From: Vitrella brassicaformis CCMP3155
Taxonomy: Eukaryota > Protista > Chromerida
Direction of reading: 5' to 3'
Length of the DNA stretch: 64,000 bases
Assembly (NCBI GenBank): GCA_001179505.1
Contig: CDMY01000452.1
Coordinates: 1 to 64,000 of the forward strand
The position numbers and the translations under genes were made by a program. The notes beneath the pieces were generated by a model. The model was not told the origin of the DNA. It searched no databases and was given only the letters and a program-made list of their open reading frames with translations. Below, in pieces: positions 10,901-23,077 of this stretch; within the stretch, counting starts at the first letter, position 1, and each line of letters opens with the position of its first letter.

Positions 10901-13900
10901 GAGAGAGAGAGAGGGACGGGGGTGTGGCTCTCGTCTGTGTGCTGGGAGGGGCTGGGGAGAAGAGGCATACCATTTTCTGGAAGACGGTGGACTGTGCGCT
11001 CAGGAAGTCGTAGAAGGACGCCTCGCTGCCGATGTCGGGCTCGATGTCCCACTTCTCCAGCAGATCGCCGGCCGCCTTAGCCGTCGCCTGCAGGGGCAAA
11101 ACAAGAAGACATCACACAACGCACAAAGACACACCTGCTGGCTGTGTATGTGTGTGTAGTACCAACCTGGCTCGGGTCGTGTTTGAATACGTAGAGGTAG
11201 GTGGCGATGGGCAGCAGCGACAGCGGGGCCAGGTCCATCGCACGCACCACCGCATTCCGGATGTCGGCGTCGTCCGTCACGCCGATGTCCGCCAGCAGAA
11301 TCAGCGTCAGAGACGTCTCATCGGTTATGAGGTAGCTGCCAATATGCACAGCCACACGTGTGTGCAGGGGCGCGTGGGTGTGTGTCGGTCATGGCACCTG
11401 CACGCTTCGGCAAGGATGTCCCTGCACACGCGCACGAGAGCGGGGAAGCACTTGAGCGCCCCCCCGACGCACTGCAGCACCTCCTCGCCCTCCATCTGGG
11501 CCCTCAGCTTGAGCTGCAGCGCCAGCAGCTGCAGCGACTGCATGCATGCCTTGTCGCCCGCACGCTCTGGGTCGCTCAGGATGGCTGACACCACCGGCAG
11601 TATCAGGGCCGTGGCTGACGTCGGCAGTGGGGTGCGATCGGACACCTGCAGCACACAGAGTGTTGCGCCAGTGTGATGTCGTGTGGTGTGGTGTGTCTGT
11701 GCGCTTGCTGACTCACCGTTGCGAGTAGCTGGATGGTGTGGTCGTCAACGGGCTTCTGCAGCGCCACGCGCACAAGCGCATCAGGCAAGTACGACCTATG
11801 CGGCACAGCAGCAGCAGGCAGCAGCACGTCGGCCATGACCCGCAGCGCCTTGAGGGTCGCCATGACGGTCAGGGGGCTGCCCAGCAGCCGCTGCAGCTGA
11901 GGCACTATCAATCCAGCCTGGCGACCGAAGGCCTCCGGGTGGGCGCGGCACAGCCTTGCGAGGCCGTCGATGGCGTAGGTGGAGTGGTCGAGAGTGCGCT
12001 GAATGCGTCTGCGTATCTCCGTCTGCTCGTTGAGCTGGTGCTCCTCGATCTCCTTCTTGGTGAGGGGGCGGTGGGGGGCACCGGCAGCTGAGGGTTTCTT
12101 GCCGCCACCGGCACCGCCCTTTGCTGACGGCTTGGGAGCGGCAGATGGCTTCGACTGCGTGAAGGCGAGCAGAAGCACACACAGACAGAGAGGCACCATT
12201 GTCGCATTGTCTCGTGCCTCTGTGCTGTGCTGTGCTGTGCTGACGGGTATTTGTGAAGGGTCGTAGTCTTCGCCATAGAGAGCGGTAAGGTGTTTGTTTC
12301 GCTTGACGTTCTTCTGCTCCACCGCCTGTGCGATGTACACGCCCTCCTCGACGTAGAGGATGCCCTCGGGGGCGAAGTAGATGGGCAGGTGCTCCGGGTC
12401 CTCGCCGCAGATGTCATCCACGTAAAGCTGCGAAGTCAGGTCGCCACACAGACCCTCAGCCGCCTCCAGACACGAGCTCGCCTGCACAACAGACACCGAA
12501 TTGTGGATTCCCTGTCTGTCTCTTTCTCTTTTTCTCTGTGTTGCCCCTTACCGTTGCCATGGATTCGGCCTTGAGCAGCCGGAAGGTCTCGATGACGGCC
12601 AGACAAGCGTCCCTGTACCCCGTGACGTCCTTGCCCTCGATGCTGCCGCCTTTGGCCACCGCCCGCCTCACCGCCCCCCAATGGGGAAAGTCCCCCCACT
12701 CACGCACCATCATCTTGACGTACTGCATGCGGGACACATCGCACGACCCCGTCAGAGGGTGGCACATGCACAGCAGCGCAACCGCCGTCAAGTCCGGGCC
12801 GATGACGTGTGGAAGGGAGGCGCCCAGCGGCTCCATTCCGGGAGGCGGGGGCGGGGCGGTCGGGTCGCTGTCGGGAGCTCTCCGGCCGCAGATGCGCAGG
12901 ATGGCTGTGAGGCAGTACCTGAGCGAGCCGGGGTGAGGGGTGTCGATGTGGTGCTTGTGGCCGTTCTCTTGTTGTGGCGGCAGCGGCTGGCCCCATGGCG
13001 GGGGGGCCTCCTTGTTGATGTGGGCAAGGAGGTTGTAGAAGGCGAGCAGCAGGAGGGTGCCGAGGGCGGGGAAGTCGCTGAGCGAGGCGAGCTCGGCGTG
13101 CAGCCGGAAGGGACGCTGCTTGTCACGGGAGTCACTGATGGCCTGAAAGCCAACAACACACCAACAACACACCAACAATCCGTCCAGCAACCGACGCCCG
13201 TCTCTTTGTCCTGTGACCGACCCCTTTCTGCACGAGCTCCACGATGACGTTGACGAAGGCCCAATGCAGGCCTGTCCACCCCGCGGCCTTGCCGTTGGAC
13301 TCATGGACGGATGGCGGGAGGCGGAATGCATCGGAGGCTATGTCTGTGTTGGCTGGGGCTGGGCAGAGGTCGACGCCGCCGAAGACGGGCGGCCGCCTGT
13401 TGAGCAGCTGCACCAGGAACCGAAGCTGCGATTGAAGCTCCCTGGCTGACGCCTGCAGAGAGAGAGAGAGAGAGAGAGAGAGGTCAGTGGGTGGACGGGA
13501 CAGTGGTGGAAGTGTTTGGCGGCTGACTTTGTGTATGAGCAGTCTTGTGTTGAGGTATGAGCCCTTGTCTGTGAGGATGGTCATGGCCTTGGCGTCGATC
13601 CTATTGGCCACGCCGTCCAGCTGCACGTCGTCCATGTTGAGCAGCACACGCCACACATCCACACACAAACCCCTACACAGCCACGGCACAACACGCCCTA
13701 CAAATGCGTCAGACTGATGGGTGACCTTTCCGCACCTTTTTGTGTGTTTGGCTGTGGCTTGGGGCAGGATGGCCACGAGCGGATCGATGAGCTCCTGCAG
13801 GGCCGAGAGATCGTACGAGAACCGCTCCTTGGCGCACATCATGGACACCAACGCCTAGGCAAAGCAAAGGAGCCGAGTGAGTGAAAGCTCCACCCGTTGG

Positions 13901-15717
13901 TGTGTCGTCGGGTCGCCTACCTCTACGGTGGCTTCCTTGAGGCGGTCGCTGGCCTTCTTGTCGGCGAGGATGCCTCCCAGCACCTTGGCGTACTCGTGAC
14001 AGGCATCCTTGGTCACGCCCTCAAGTCGCATCAACACGCCTACACACACACATACACTCACGGGTCGGTCTGTGTCAGTGTGGTCTTTCCCCCCTCTCAC
14101 CTGTGAGTTTGATCCCCGCGGCCCTCGCGTCTTCGCTGCTCTCTGACTTGCAGCACTTGAGCAAATAGGCCCCCCCACTGCCACTCAGCAGTGTGCGAGC
14201 GTACTTCTGCCGCTCGGATCTAGTGCATGGGGCAACGGTCAGGGCCAGCATGGCCTGCACACGCACAGAGAGAGAAGGTGGGTGGATGGGCAGGAGTGGT
14301 TTCGGAGGTCTGCCGACCTCTAGGTAAGCGAGTCTGTGTGGCGCTTGTGAGAGTGAGCCGCCCTCGAGGGTCGACATCAGCTCACACAACAGACCCTCAA
14401 TCGCTGAACCGTCGCTGCACTGCACTCAGAAACAGAAGGTGAAACAAACAGAAGACGCATCAGAAGACGCATCAGCAGACTGACTTGGTGTGTATTGACC
14501 CACCCTTTCAGTCTGCCTGCCTCGCTCACCTGTGAAGCGACGCTGCAGCAGAGCTGCATCGCATGTTCCCGGGTCTCTGCGCTGCTGGCCTTGAGCAGCT
14601 CAAACACAGCACCGCCCAACAGGGGACGGGCATACCTGCACCACAACCACAACCACAACCACAACCACACACACAGATGCACACGTGCCGGTGTCGCACC
14701 ATCCTCAGGCCTCACGTGGAGATGTCGATCTGCAGGAGGTTGGTGAGCTCGATGACGTAGGTCAGCAGGTTGTCGGGGTTGCGCTTCAGGTACTTGACAA
14801 TCACCGGCACCATCACCTCACCGAAATCCTGACAGACAGACAGACAGACACACGTCTGGTCAACACGGCCGCCCGTCGACTTCTGCTGCCTCTTCGCCCC
14901 AGACCTGCTCTGTCAGGACGTTGAAGATCGGCCTGAATGCCGCCTGGGTCTCAGGCGGCGCCCTCTTCTTGGCCTCCAGCACACACGCACAGTACCTCTT
15001 GGCGACCGCCGCCCGCACCTCACCCGCCCTCTCCCTCTCAGCCTCGCCATCAGCACCACCCAAACGCCGCTTGGCTGCATGCGATATTCGTCGCGCCAGG
15101 GCCGTCACCAGCAGCACTGGGGGCGGGTCCTTGCTGTCCACTATCTTGGTCATGATGGCCACTGCCTTGTCGCTGCGAGCCATCAGGTGCAGCAAAGGGG
15201 TCAGCACTGACGGCTGCAGGCTGGTGGGGAGGTCGATGTTGGTCAGGGACGCTTGCAGGGCGGCCGCGACGAAGGTGTCGGCGAGGAATGCGTCAGGGTC
15301 GCCCTCGAGAAGGAACAGCAGGAAGAGCCGCACGGCCACCGCAAATGCCCGGGGGTCCCCCGTGGTGAGCTTCTTGACGGCCTTGGTGTGCAGCTTGGCC
15401 AGGAAAGGAGCGAACTCCCCCTCCTCCTTCGCAGCCCTCCCCAGCGGCGAAACGAGCTGTCTTGCCAATCCATCCAGCGGCCGGCGGGACGACACACGGG
15501 GCGGCAGGGCGACGACAGCCACATAGGCAGCTCCCTTGAACAGGTCTGGCGTGACAGGCCCCTCCGACAGCACTTCTGTGAGTCGCGTGAGCGCCGCACG
15601 ACGCTCCTTAAGGGAACCCGTGTTGAGCTTTTCAGCCGTTTCCTTGAGAAGCGCCTCGTGGTCGGGTGCGTGGCCGTTGGCCGTGTGTTCTTGTGCGTTG
15701 CCGCTGGCCTGCTCCAT
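3677..15717 (-). CDS. GCN1: eIF2-alpha kinase activator GCN1 (HEAT-repeat protein), many introns
   Basis: Exons encode GCN1-typical segments: SVERSGAANGLSEVLVALG, VREGYLGLFVYLP, GLADESEPVRD, LLLPPLEEGIFSPDWRIRQAS, KQWRTKLGSIELL, GPLIRILGDRFPANVKAAIL. Probable ATG at 15717 (MEQASG); last exon ends DGDGGNE* at 3677. Confidence 0.93.
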
Positions 15718-15980
15718 CCCGATCTGCAAGCAGCTTCTTCTTCGCAGATGACAAGAGAGATCACCGAATTAAAGACGTGCTGAAATCGATGACCAGCCGC
15801 TATCGGGCTTCCTGCATCACCATCTTGAATGCATGGAAGCCAGAGATCTGCACTTCTGCTGCAAGCTTAGCTCGCAGGAGGGTGGCAGGAGGGAAAGGAG
15901 TCGCCGTCCCAGTATACCGTCGGCGTAGGCATCTCAGCGCCTAAGCAGCTCGAATCGCCACAGATCTCGGTTCATCTGCC
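15718..15980. promoter_or_regulatory. Putative bidirectional promoter GCN1 / phosphatase
   Basis: 263 bp between divergent start codons; inferred from geometry only. Confidence 0.5.
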
Positions 15981-16181
15981 ATGCCGGAGTGTCCCCGCTT
16001 CAAGCTCTATCCCGCCTCATCCCGTGACTCACTCGTCTACGGCACCGAGCGGCCAGGGTATAGCCCAGACAACGAGAAGCCCGGCGCCGTCGCAACGGAG
16101 CTCGTGGATGAGTGGGCCGCGCACATGAAGGAGCATGGCGTGAAGCGCATTCTCTCGCTGCTCGGCGACGATGAAGGTATG

Positions 16182-16212
<31 letters not shown>

Positions 16213-16621
16213 GCGCTCACAGGGATCTGAGGCAGAGAGTCCCACCCTCCCTGTTATGTGGCCCATGTGTGCAGTCGAGTGGTACGCCGAGCCCATCGAG
16301 ACCACGCTGGCCAAGCACGGCTTCGACAGCACCCACTACTCCCGCACATCGGTGTTCAAGCCTGGTGCCATGGACGTCATGCTGGCGGCCTTCCAGGCAG
16401 CTGAGGCGGCCAACGAGCGCATCGTGGTGCACTGCTCAGGCGGCACCGGCAGGGCCACTCTCGGCCTGGCCACCTGGGTGGCGACCAAGTATGGCCTCAG
16501 TGCCGAGGAGGCGGTCAATGAGGTGGTGGAGTTCGGCAATGCGACAGGTGTGCCGAGGAAGCTGAGCCCGGTGAAGCTGGAGACGCTGCTCAAGGACAAA
16601 TGCCTGCAGGGGAAACACTGA
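15981..16621 (+). CDS. Protein tyrosine / dual-specificity phosphatase-like (CX5R)
   Basis: Exons 15981-16176 and 16275-16621 join in phase; active-site loop VVHCSGGTGRA. Confidence 0.85.
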
Positions 16622-17059
16622 CTGATGGCGGGGGCGAGGGGCTGGCTGGCTGGCTGTCGTGGGTTGGCCGTTTTGTAGTTGGTGGTGGTTGTGCCTTCCT
16701 GGTGTTGCTGCTGGTGCTTATTTATCTTGTGGATGGATGGTTGGTTCTCACGTCTTTTTCGATGAGGCTGACGGGGACGAATGAATGGACATACATTCAT
16801 CTGGCTGTCTGTCTGCCTGATGACTGCATTGAATCAAGTTGCAAATCAGCCAGGGTGGTTTGCCGTGTCTATGTGTGTCTCTGAGTGATCGGGAGACTAT
16901 CATGGGTGGCCTGATCAAGTCATGGACGGCTGCAGCCAACCAAACGAACAACTAGTCCGCCAAGAACAAATTCTCTCCTCCCGCCACACACGTGTTGCTT
17001 TGTCTTTGCCTCTCCCCTTTTGTGTTTCCTTGCCTTTGTGGTGTTTGTGTACTAGGGTG

Positions 17060-17195
17060 TCTCTCTCTCTCGTGTGTGGTTGGGTATCTGGCTCTCTCAC
17101 TGACGGGTGCGTGTGTATTGGTCGCTTTGTCTGTCTGTGGTGATGTTGTCTGCCCGATTTGGTGTGTGAGAGAGCCGCCAAATGCACACACAGAA
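17060..17195 (-). repeat. Short dispersed sub-repeat shared with the cassette downstream flank
   Basis: Reverse complement TGCATTTGGCGGCTCTCTCACACACCAAATCGGGCAGACAACATCACCACAGACAG resembles about 336-480, 1280-1410 and (reverse complement) 19370-19500. Confidence 0.65.
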
Positions 17196-17589
17196 TCCAT
17201 CCACGAGCCGATGGTGCTGGTGGAGACGGCGAGAGTGACGAAGGCGGCATCTGCTGGCTGCGAGACGTCAAGCACGCCTCAATCAATCGCATGTGGCTGG
17301 ACGCCTCAGGGCATCGGACCTTGACAGTGCTGCCCTGCTGGTGCTGCTGCTGATAATGCTGAGGGGCTGGCCGTGGTGGCTGGGTCGGGGCGGCACATGA
17401 GGGCGGGCGAGACGACGACAGAGAGGGCCATAGTGATTGACTGCTGGGTCAGAGTCGGTACGAGTACCGGTTTGCTGGACGAGTGGTGTTTCGGTCAGCG
17501 GCTGCTCATTCGCTGGGGCCGGCTGCTCCTGTCTGTTGCTGAGGGGAAGAGGATGGCCTCCTTGCAGAGAACACACAGCAACGGTCAAG

Positions 17590-20240
17590 GGACACACACA
17601 GCTGTGTCATCGATGTGAGTGGCCCTTATCGGCCAGACGTGTGTGAGACTCACCGGTCCGGTGTGATGACGAGCAGCAGGGCCGCGACGGCGGGAGCCAA
17701 CAGAGACAAACGCACCGTGAGCTGCTGGGAGTCTGCTGGGGGCTTCAAAGGACAGCAGGGGGAGGGGCAGGGGACTCAAAGGAGGTGAGCACTTTGTCGA
17801 CAGACAAAAGGAAAAGAAACCCCGATCCTGCAGGAGGCCAGAAACTCCGTCAACCTGGCAGCGCCGAAACAATGTGCCATCAACGGCCACTGGCAAGCCC
17901 GGTTTTGGGTTTTCGCTCGTTTTGCGCCTGTGTGTGGCCGTCGGCGAAGCGGTCCTTGTTGTGTTCTCTCTTGTCGGCTTCAGTCGCCCTCCCCGCTCCC
18001 ACTCACTGACCAAGGAGGCCTCAGTGATACGGTTGTCTGTGCTGTCCGGATCCCCTGCCGTCCTGTGGCTCGTGGTCTTACTGGCAGGTGGGCACCGCCC
18101 TCACACACCACGCCACTCTGACACCTCTCTGTCTGTCTGTCTCTCTGCTCTGCTGGCCGTCTGTGTGTGTGTGTGGTGTGTGTTGTCAGCCTTTCCCTCG
18201 TGGCTGGTGCAGCTGTGTGCCGCGAGCGGTGCCGGCCTCCTCCGCCCCAACACAGCGCCCACCTTGACCAGCGGCAATGACACCGCGGCCGGGGCCGAGA
18301 AGAGGCGATTGCACCCGCCAGGCGCCGAGTACGCTCACACACACGGCCGGCCAGCCGTGGTCTCTTGACACACGTGGCCGCCTGACATTGTCCTGTTTGT
18401 TTGTCTGCAGGTGTGTGTGTTCTGCGGAACAGTTTAACCAGGGCCAATGTGACCCCAACACCATACCGATCATCGTCACCGGCCGCGGCGAGGTGCGCAC
18501 CCAACGACACTGAGCCCATCGAGGCGATGCATCATTGGACACACACGGGAGGGCCTGTAGTGTGCACTCGTGTGTCGTGTCAGTTTCGAATCGGGGCCAT
18601 TTCTATTCAACCCACGAGTCCTGGCCTTGCTTTCGGTGTAGTCGCAGTGGCCTCCATCGGCGGTGACCCCGTGGAGGAGATGGATGACAGAGTGGATGAC
18701 GTCGAAGTGGTAAGCAAAGCGCACCTTCTGTGTGTAGGGCCGTGGATGACCCGACTCAATGTAGAAGGAGTTGCCTGACGGAGTATTGGGTCAGGGATCC
18801 GTCGGCTACATAACAACTATCGAAGTCCTTGAGTTTGAGGTTGACACGTATTTTGTCGACATCATGGTCACATTCATCGAGGGCGGCACCACGCGAGTCG
18901 AAATAGCAGAGGATTGCGCTTTGCGGGTTGTTGAATGCCTGGATGATGGTGACTGCACTGAGGGAAACATAGGTTTGCGGGTATGTGACGACAATAACCT
19001 ATGTTTCCCTAACCCTGTCCCGCCTTAGACTGTGAGCGTCAGATGAGAGGGACAGGGAGAAATTCATGATGTGTCTGTCGTGTGCCTACTAATTTACTTA
19101 CACACCACCCACACCCACAGAGTGAGATGGACGCTGCTTTTTTTATATGCAGGGACGACGTTGTGTTTCGTGTCGTCTCGCTGTCTGTCGGTGTGTGTGC
19201 AGACGTGACATACACAGAATGGCCGTGGGCGGGCGGGGCAGTGTGTCTGTGCGTTTCGCTGACAGAGAGAGGGAGGGGGTGCGGTGATGACGACTGTTGA
19301 GTCGGCCTGAATGCGACGATGTGTGCCTCTCGGATGTCTCTCTCTCTCCTTTGTGTGTGTGGGTGTTTTGGCCATCTGACTGACTGACTGACTGCTGTGT
19401 GGGTGTTGTGTGTCTCTCTGTGCTGCCTCCGTGAATGCTCTGTCTGTGGTGATGTCTGACCGATTGTGTGTGTGAGATCCGCCAAATGCACACACAGACA
19501 CAGAGGGAGGGGGGCGATATCGGCGTGGCGTGTGCGGTTCAGTGAGGCCATCAAATGAGGGCTGCATGCTGGTGTTTTTCTAATGTGCAGACACACAGGC
19601 AGAGAACAAATGTGCCCGACACGCGAGAGGGCTCAGGTGTGTGTGAGGGTGCGGCGGCGGGGTGGGTCAGTGTGTGTGTTTCCACGGAGGACTGACTGAC
19701 AGAGAGGGGAGGGGGTGTGGTTGATTTCTGTGTGGCTGGCTCGCTCTCCCTCTGTCTCGCAAATGTGCGAGCGGCCCAGGGAGTGTGTGCGATGCCCTCG
19801 TGGGGCCGTTGATGCGACCCGCCTGACTGGCCGATTGGTGTGTGTGAGGGGGGGCAAAGGCAGACAGCCGGCCGCCTGTGGGAACGGCTGAGCGGTCGTC
19901 ATGTCTGTCCGCCTGTCTGTCTGTCCGTCTGTCTGTCGGTCCGTCTGTCTGTCTGTCGCATTGGGTGTGGGGGACACTCGTGAGTGATTGTGGGTGGGTG
20001 GTGGGCTGACTGTCTGGGGAGAGGGGAGGATGCAGCCATGTCCGTCTGCAGTGGTCAGACAGGTGTGTTGGGGTCTATTATACCCCCCCCCACACACAGC
20101 CAGCCGTGCAATGCACAGACACACACATCTGTACAGTCCATCTGACGAGGAAGGGTGGGAGGGGGGCATTTGGTCAGCGATGGCAGACAGACAGACAGAC
20201 AGACAGGTAGGCCGTTAGGTCGTGCGGGAGGACAGAAGGC
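17590..20240 (+). repeat. Dispersed cassette copy B
   Basis: Collinear similarity to copies A and C; longer upstream similarity shared with A. Boundaries approximate. Confidence 0.85.
18027..19028 (+). pseudogene. Cassette gene copy B: frame intact but start codon lost (ATA)
   Basis: Exons 18027-18087, 18190-18328, 18411-18492, 18584-18709, 18765-19028 join in phase without stops; ends ECLDDGDC..C..CFPNPVPP*. Both ATGs present in A and C are ATA and CTG here. Confidence 0.7.
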
Positions 20241-20971
20241 TCACTTAGAGAAATCTATGTCTCGCCTTTTCTGTTTTGGTGGATGCCGTGAGATGCGGCA
20301 TGGGTGTGTGTCTGTTACCACGGAGGTCTGACTGACAGGGAGGGGAGGGGGTGGGGTCACTGTGTGGGGCTGGCTCTCTCTCTCTCTGTCTCTGCCTTTG
20401 TGTGACGGAATCGAATCAAGCCATGGAAATGTCGGAAATATGAAATGTACACAGCCAGCCACCCGAACAACAACCAAACAGCAAGTCATGTGTTGTTGTT
20501 TGTCTTCTGCCTGTCGATCAGTTTCCCAGCGACAGACACGACAAAGAGCCAACCAACGTTTTGCGCACACGTCCGTCGTGTCCGGGCCTTGCAGGATATA
20601 AAATGTAGGTAGCGATTGAGGGATTCCTCTCCTCCCCTTTCCTCTCTCTCCCTCCTCCGCCACACACGCAGACCACGCATGGCTCAAACCACAGACACGC
20701 ACCACACGATGGCCGGCATAGCTGTGCATTCAACCGCTGCTCTCCCGTTTTCGTCATTTCTTTTTTGTTTTGTTTTTGGTCTTTCTCCGCGTTCCTGGCT
20801 GTCACATCTCAGGCTAAGTCGGCAAAAAACAACAAGGACGGGCCATCTCGCTCGCGCCCCCCCTTCGGCCAGACAGCTTCCATGCACAGGGTCAGCCAGG
20901 CAAAAAGAGGGCAGGCAGTTGAAAGGAAAAGCAGCCAGTCCATCTATCCAGTCAGTACTTCAATCAGGCGG

Positions 20972-21905
20972 CTAATGGTGGCGGCCCTCCCGGCCCCTCC
21001 GCCGGAAGGCATATGGGGCGCCTTCCTTCCACAGGTTGAGCTGCTGCTGCTGCTGCTGGGCGGCTCCCTTGTACGCCGGCATGTCCTCGATCTCGCGCTC
21101 CAGGCGGGACTTCTTGGCGGTGCCGTGGCTGGCCTGCTGTCCGTCGCCATCATTCCTCTTGCGCTTGTCCCTCCCGCCGCCCGCACCCTTGCCCGCCATG
21201 CCGCCCGCTGCCGCCTTGAGGCACATGTACTTCTTCCTTGCGCGTCTGTCGCGCCGCTTCTCGCGCGCACACCTCCTGATTGATGGGTCGATGCACACAT
21301 AGATGTGTCGATCTCTCTCTCTCTCCACATGGATGAGTGTGTGCGCGTATCAATGAATTGTGTACTTCCCTGTGCCCGCTCTAGGCCTTCCAGCTTGGCC
21401 AACTCATACTGGTGCCGTGCAGAGAAGAGGTCGCGGCTTGCCAGCGCCACCGTGTCGTGCGCTCCAGCTCCAGCTCTTCGATGCGCTTCGACATCCACTC
21501 CAACTCGTCTCCTTACCTGCGTCCATCCATCCATCCATCCATCGATTACATGCATACTCCCTGTCTGTTTGTGTGTGTGTGTGTGTGTGGTGCTTCCCTC
21601 TCTCTGTCGCCCTGCTTACACGTCCAGCCTATCCCGCGCCTTGTGCAGTTCAGCGAAGAGTCGATCGTTCTCCTCCCTAACAACCCTGCAGAAGAGCAAT
21701 GAACCGATGTCAAGTCATTCATAGGCAAACACGTATGTGTGCATGTGGGAGGCCTGTTTGTTTGTGCAGAAGAATCGACTCACCGGGCCACCTCGCTATT
21801 GTCTTGAGCTGCTGGCTGCTGAGAGTCGAGCGGACGGCCACAGAGGTCTAGACCAACCTGACATGGCCATTAAAGAGCGGATACCAATCACAGCCAACCC
21901 GCCAT
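20972..21905 (-). pseudogene. Degenerate multi-exon coiled-coil/low-complexity coding remnant
   Basis: In-phase exons VGLDLCGRPLDSQQPAAQDNSEVAR / VVREENDRLFAELHKARDRLD; next exon changes frame (DELEWMSKRIEELE vs LFSARHQYELAKLE). May be the 3' part of the PPP4R2-like remnant. Confidence 0.4.
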
Positions 21906-22289
21906 CGGTTGAGATGCATATGGACGGATTTCTCTGTCATCTTTGTGCATTTGTGTGTGTGTGCGGGTGGGTGAGCTGAGGGCGTTTCGTTCGATGCTTG
22001 CTCCCCGTTCCGCGTTGACAGCCAATGACGAGACACCAACTACAGAGAGACAGAGAGAGACACGACTGTCATCGACACACCCACATGCACACAGACAGAT
22101 TCCTTGCATGCCCGTCTGTCTGTCGTAGTGCTCTGTATGTATGCTGTGTGCTCACATACATGGCCTTCTGCCTGCCGATTCCCGTGTTGACGCTGACACG
22201 ACCTTGGACACAGCATCGGGCACCACGGCTGGAACAGTGCACACACACCTGTAAGGCCATGGACTCTCTCTGTGTGTGTGTCCCTCTGT

Positions 22290-22860
22290 CGGTGGACGTG
22301 TAGATCTTCTGAGGGTCGGAGGGCAGCTCGCACAGGCGCTGTATGGTGAACGGAGGCCTGCTCACACCAAAACAGACAGAGACAAATCAAAATGTAGGGC
22401 GTACCCCTTGAGGTTCATGACTGAGCGTGCGACGACATCCACATGACTCTGACGCTCGCGGCTCCTCATCGTGAGCATAATCCTCCAGCACCACCTGCAT
22501 GCATTGACGTGTGCAACCAAGCGAGCGACCAGCCAATAAATCAACCAATGAACCACACGTACACCCAAACAGCGACACACACGCCTTAAGTGTCTCTCTC
22601 TGGGTATCGTATCTTTTGTAAGTGAGTTCCTGACCCACCTAACGCAGCTTAGCGGCGATCCCGCGCTTCAACAGATTCCACGGATACCTGAAAATGCACA
22701 CATACACAGCAAGACGCGGCGATGCACGTATGTATGTATGTATGTATGTAGCTACGTGACGTCGCCCGTGGTGGCGACCTCCCTGATGACCGCCCGCCTC
22801 CAGGTCCTCAGGAAGCCTCGCATGGTCACCAAACGCAGACCTCAGACACCATCCTGCAAA
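22290..22860 (-). pseudogene. PPP4R2: PP4 regulatory subunit 2 (PPP4R2)-like pseudogene
   Basis: Spliced motifs IREVATTGDVT-YPWNLLKRGIAAKLR*-VVLEDY and KG-PPFTIQRLCEL-PSDPQKIY. In-frame TAG at 22639-22641 and a frameshift in the following exon. Confidence 0.7.
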
Positions 22861-23077
22861 TGAAACACACACCGCAACAAACCACCGACACACAACCACA
22901 GGCAGACCGACACATGAGTGAGCCAGCCACCAAGCCACCAATGTGTGTGTGTGGATGTGCCCTCCCTCCCTCACTTTCGATTCGTCGGACCATCTTCCCG
23001 GCCCTGAGACGCAACCGAGACACACGGCGTCTCGCCATGACACAGAGAGCGAAAGCCGCAAACCCCAGCTGCCTGCA

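Noticed and set aside
14452-14480. 13-bp tandem duplications (CAGAAGACGCAT-type here; TTTCCATGACTC-type near 62507)
   Set aside because: Intronic slippage with no effect on coding; only two units, not CRISPR-like.
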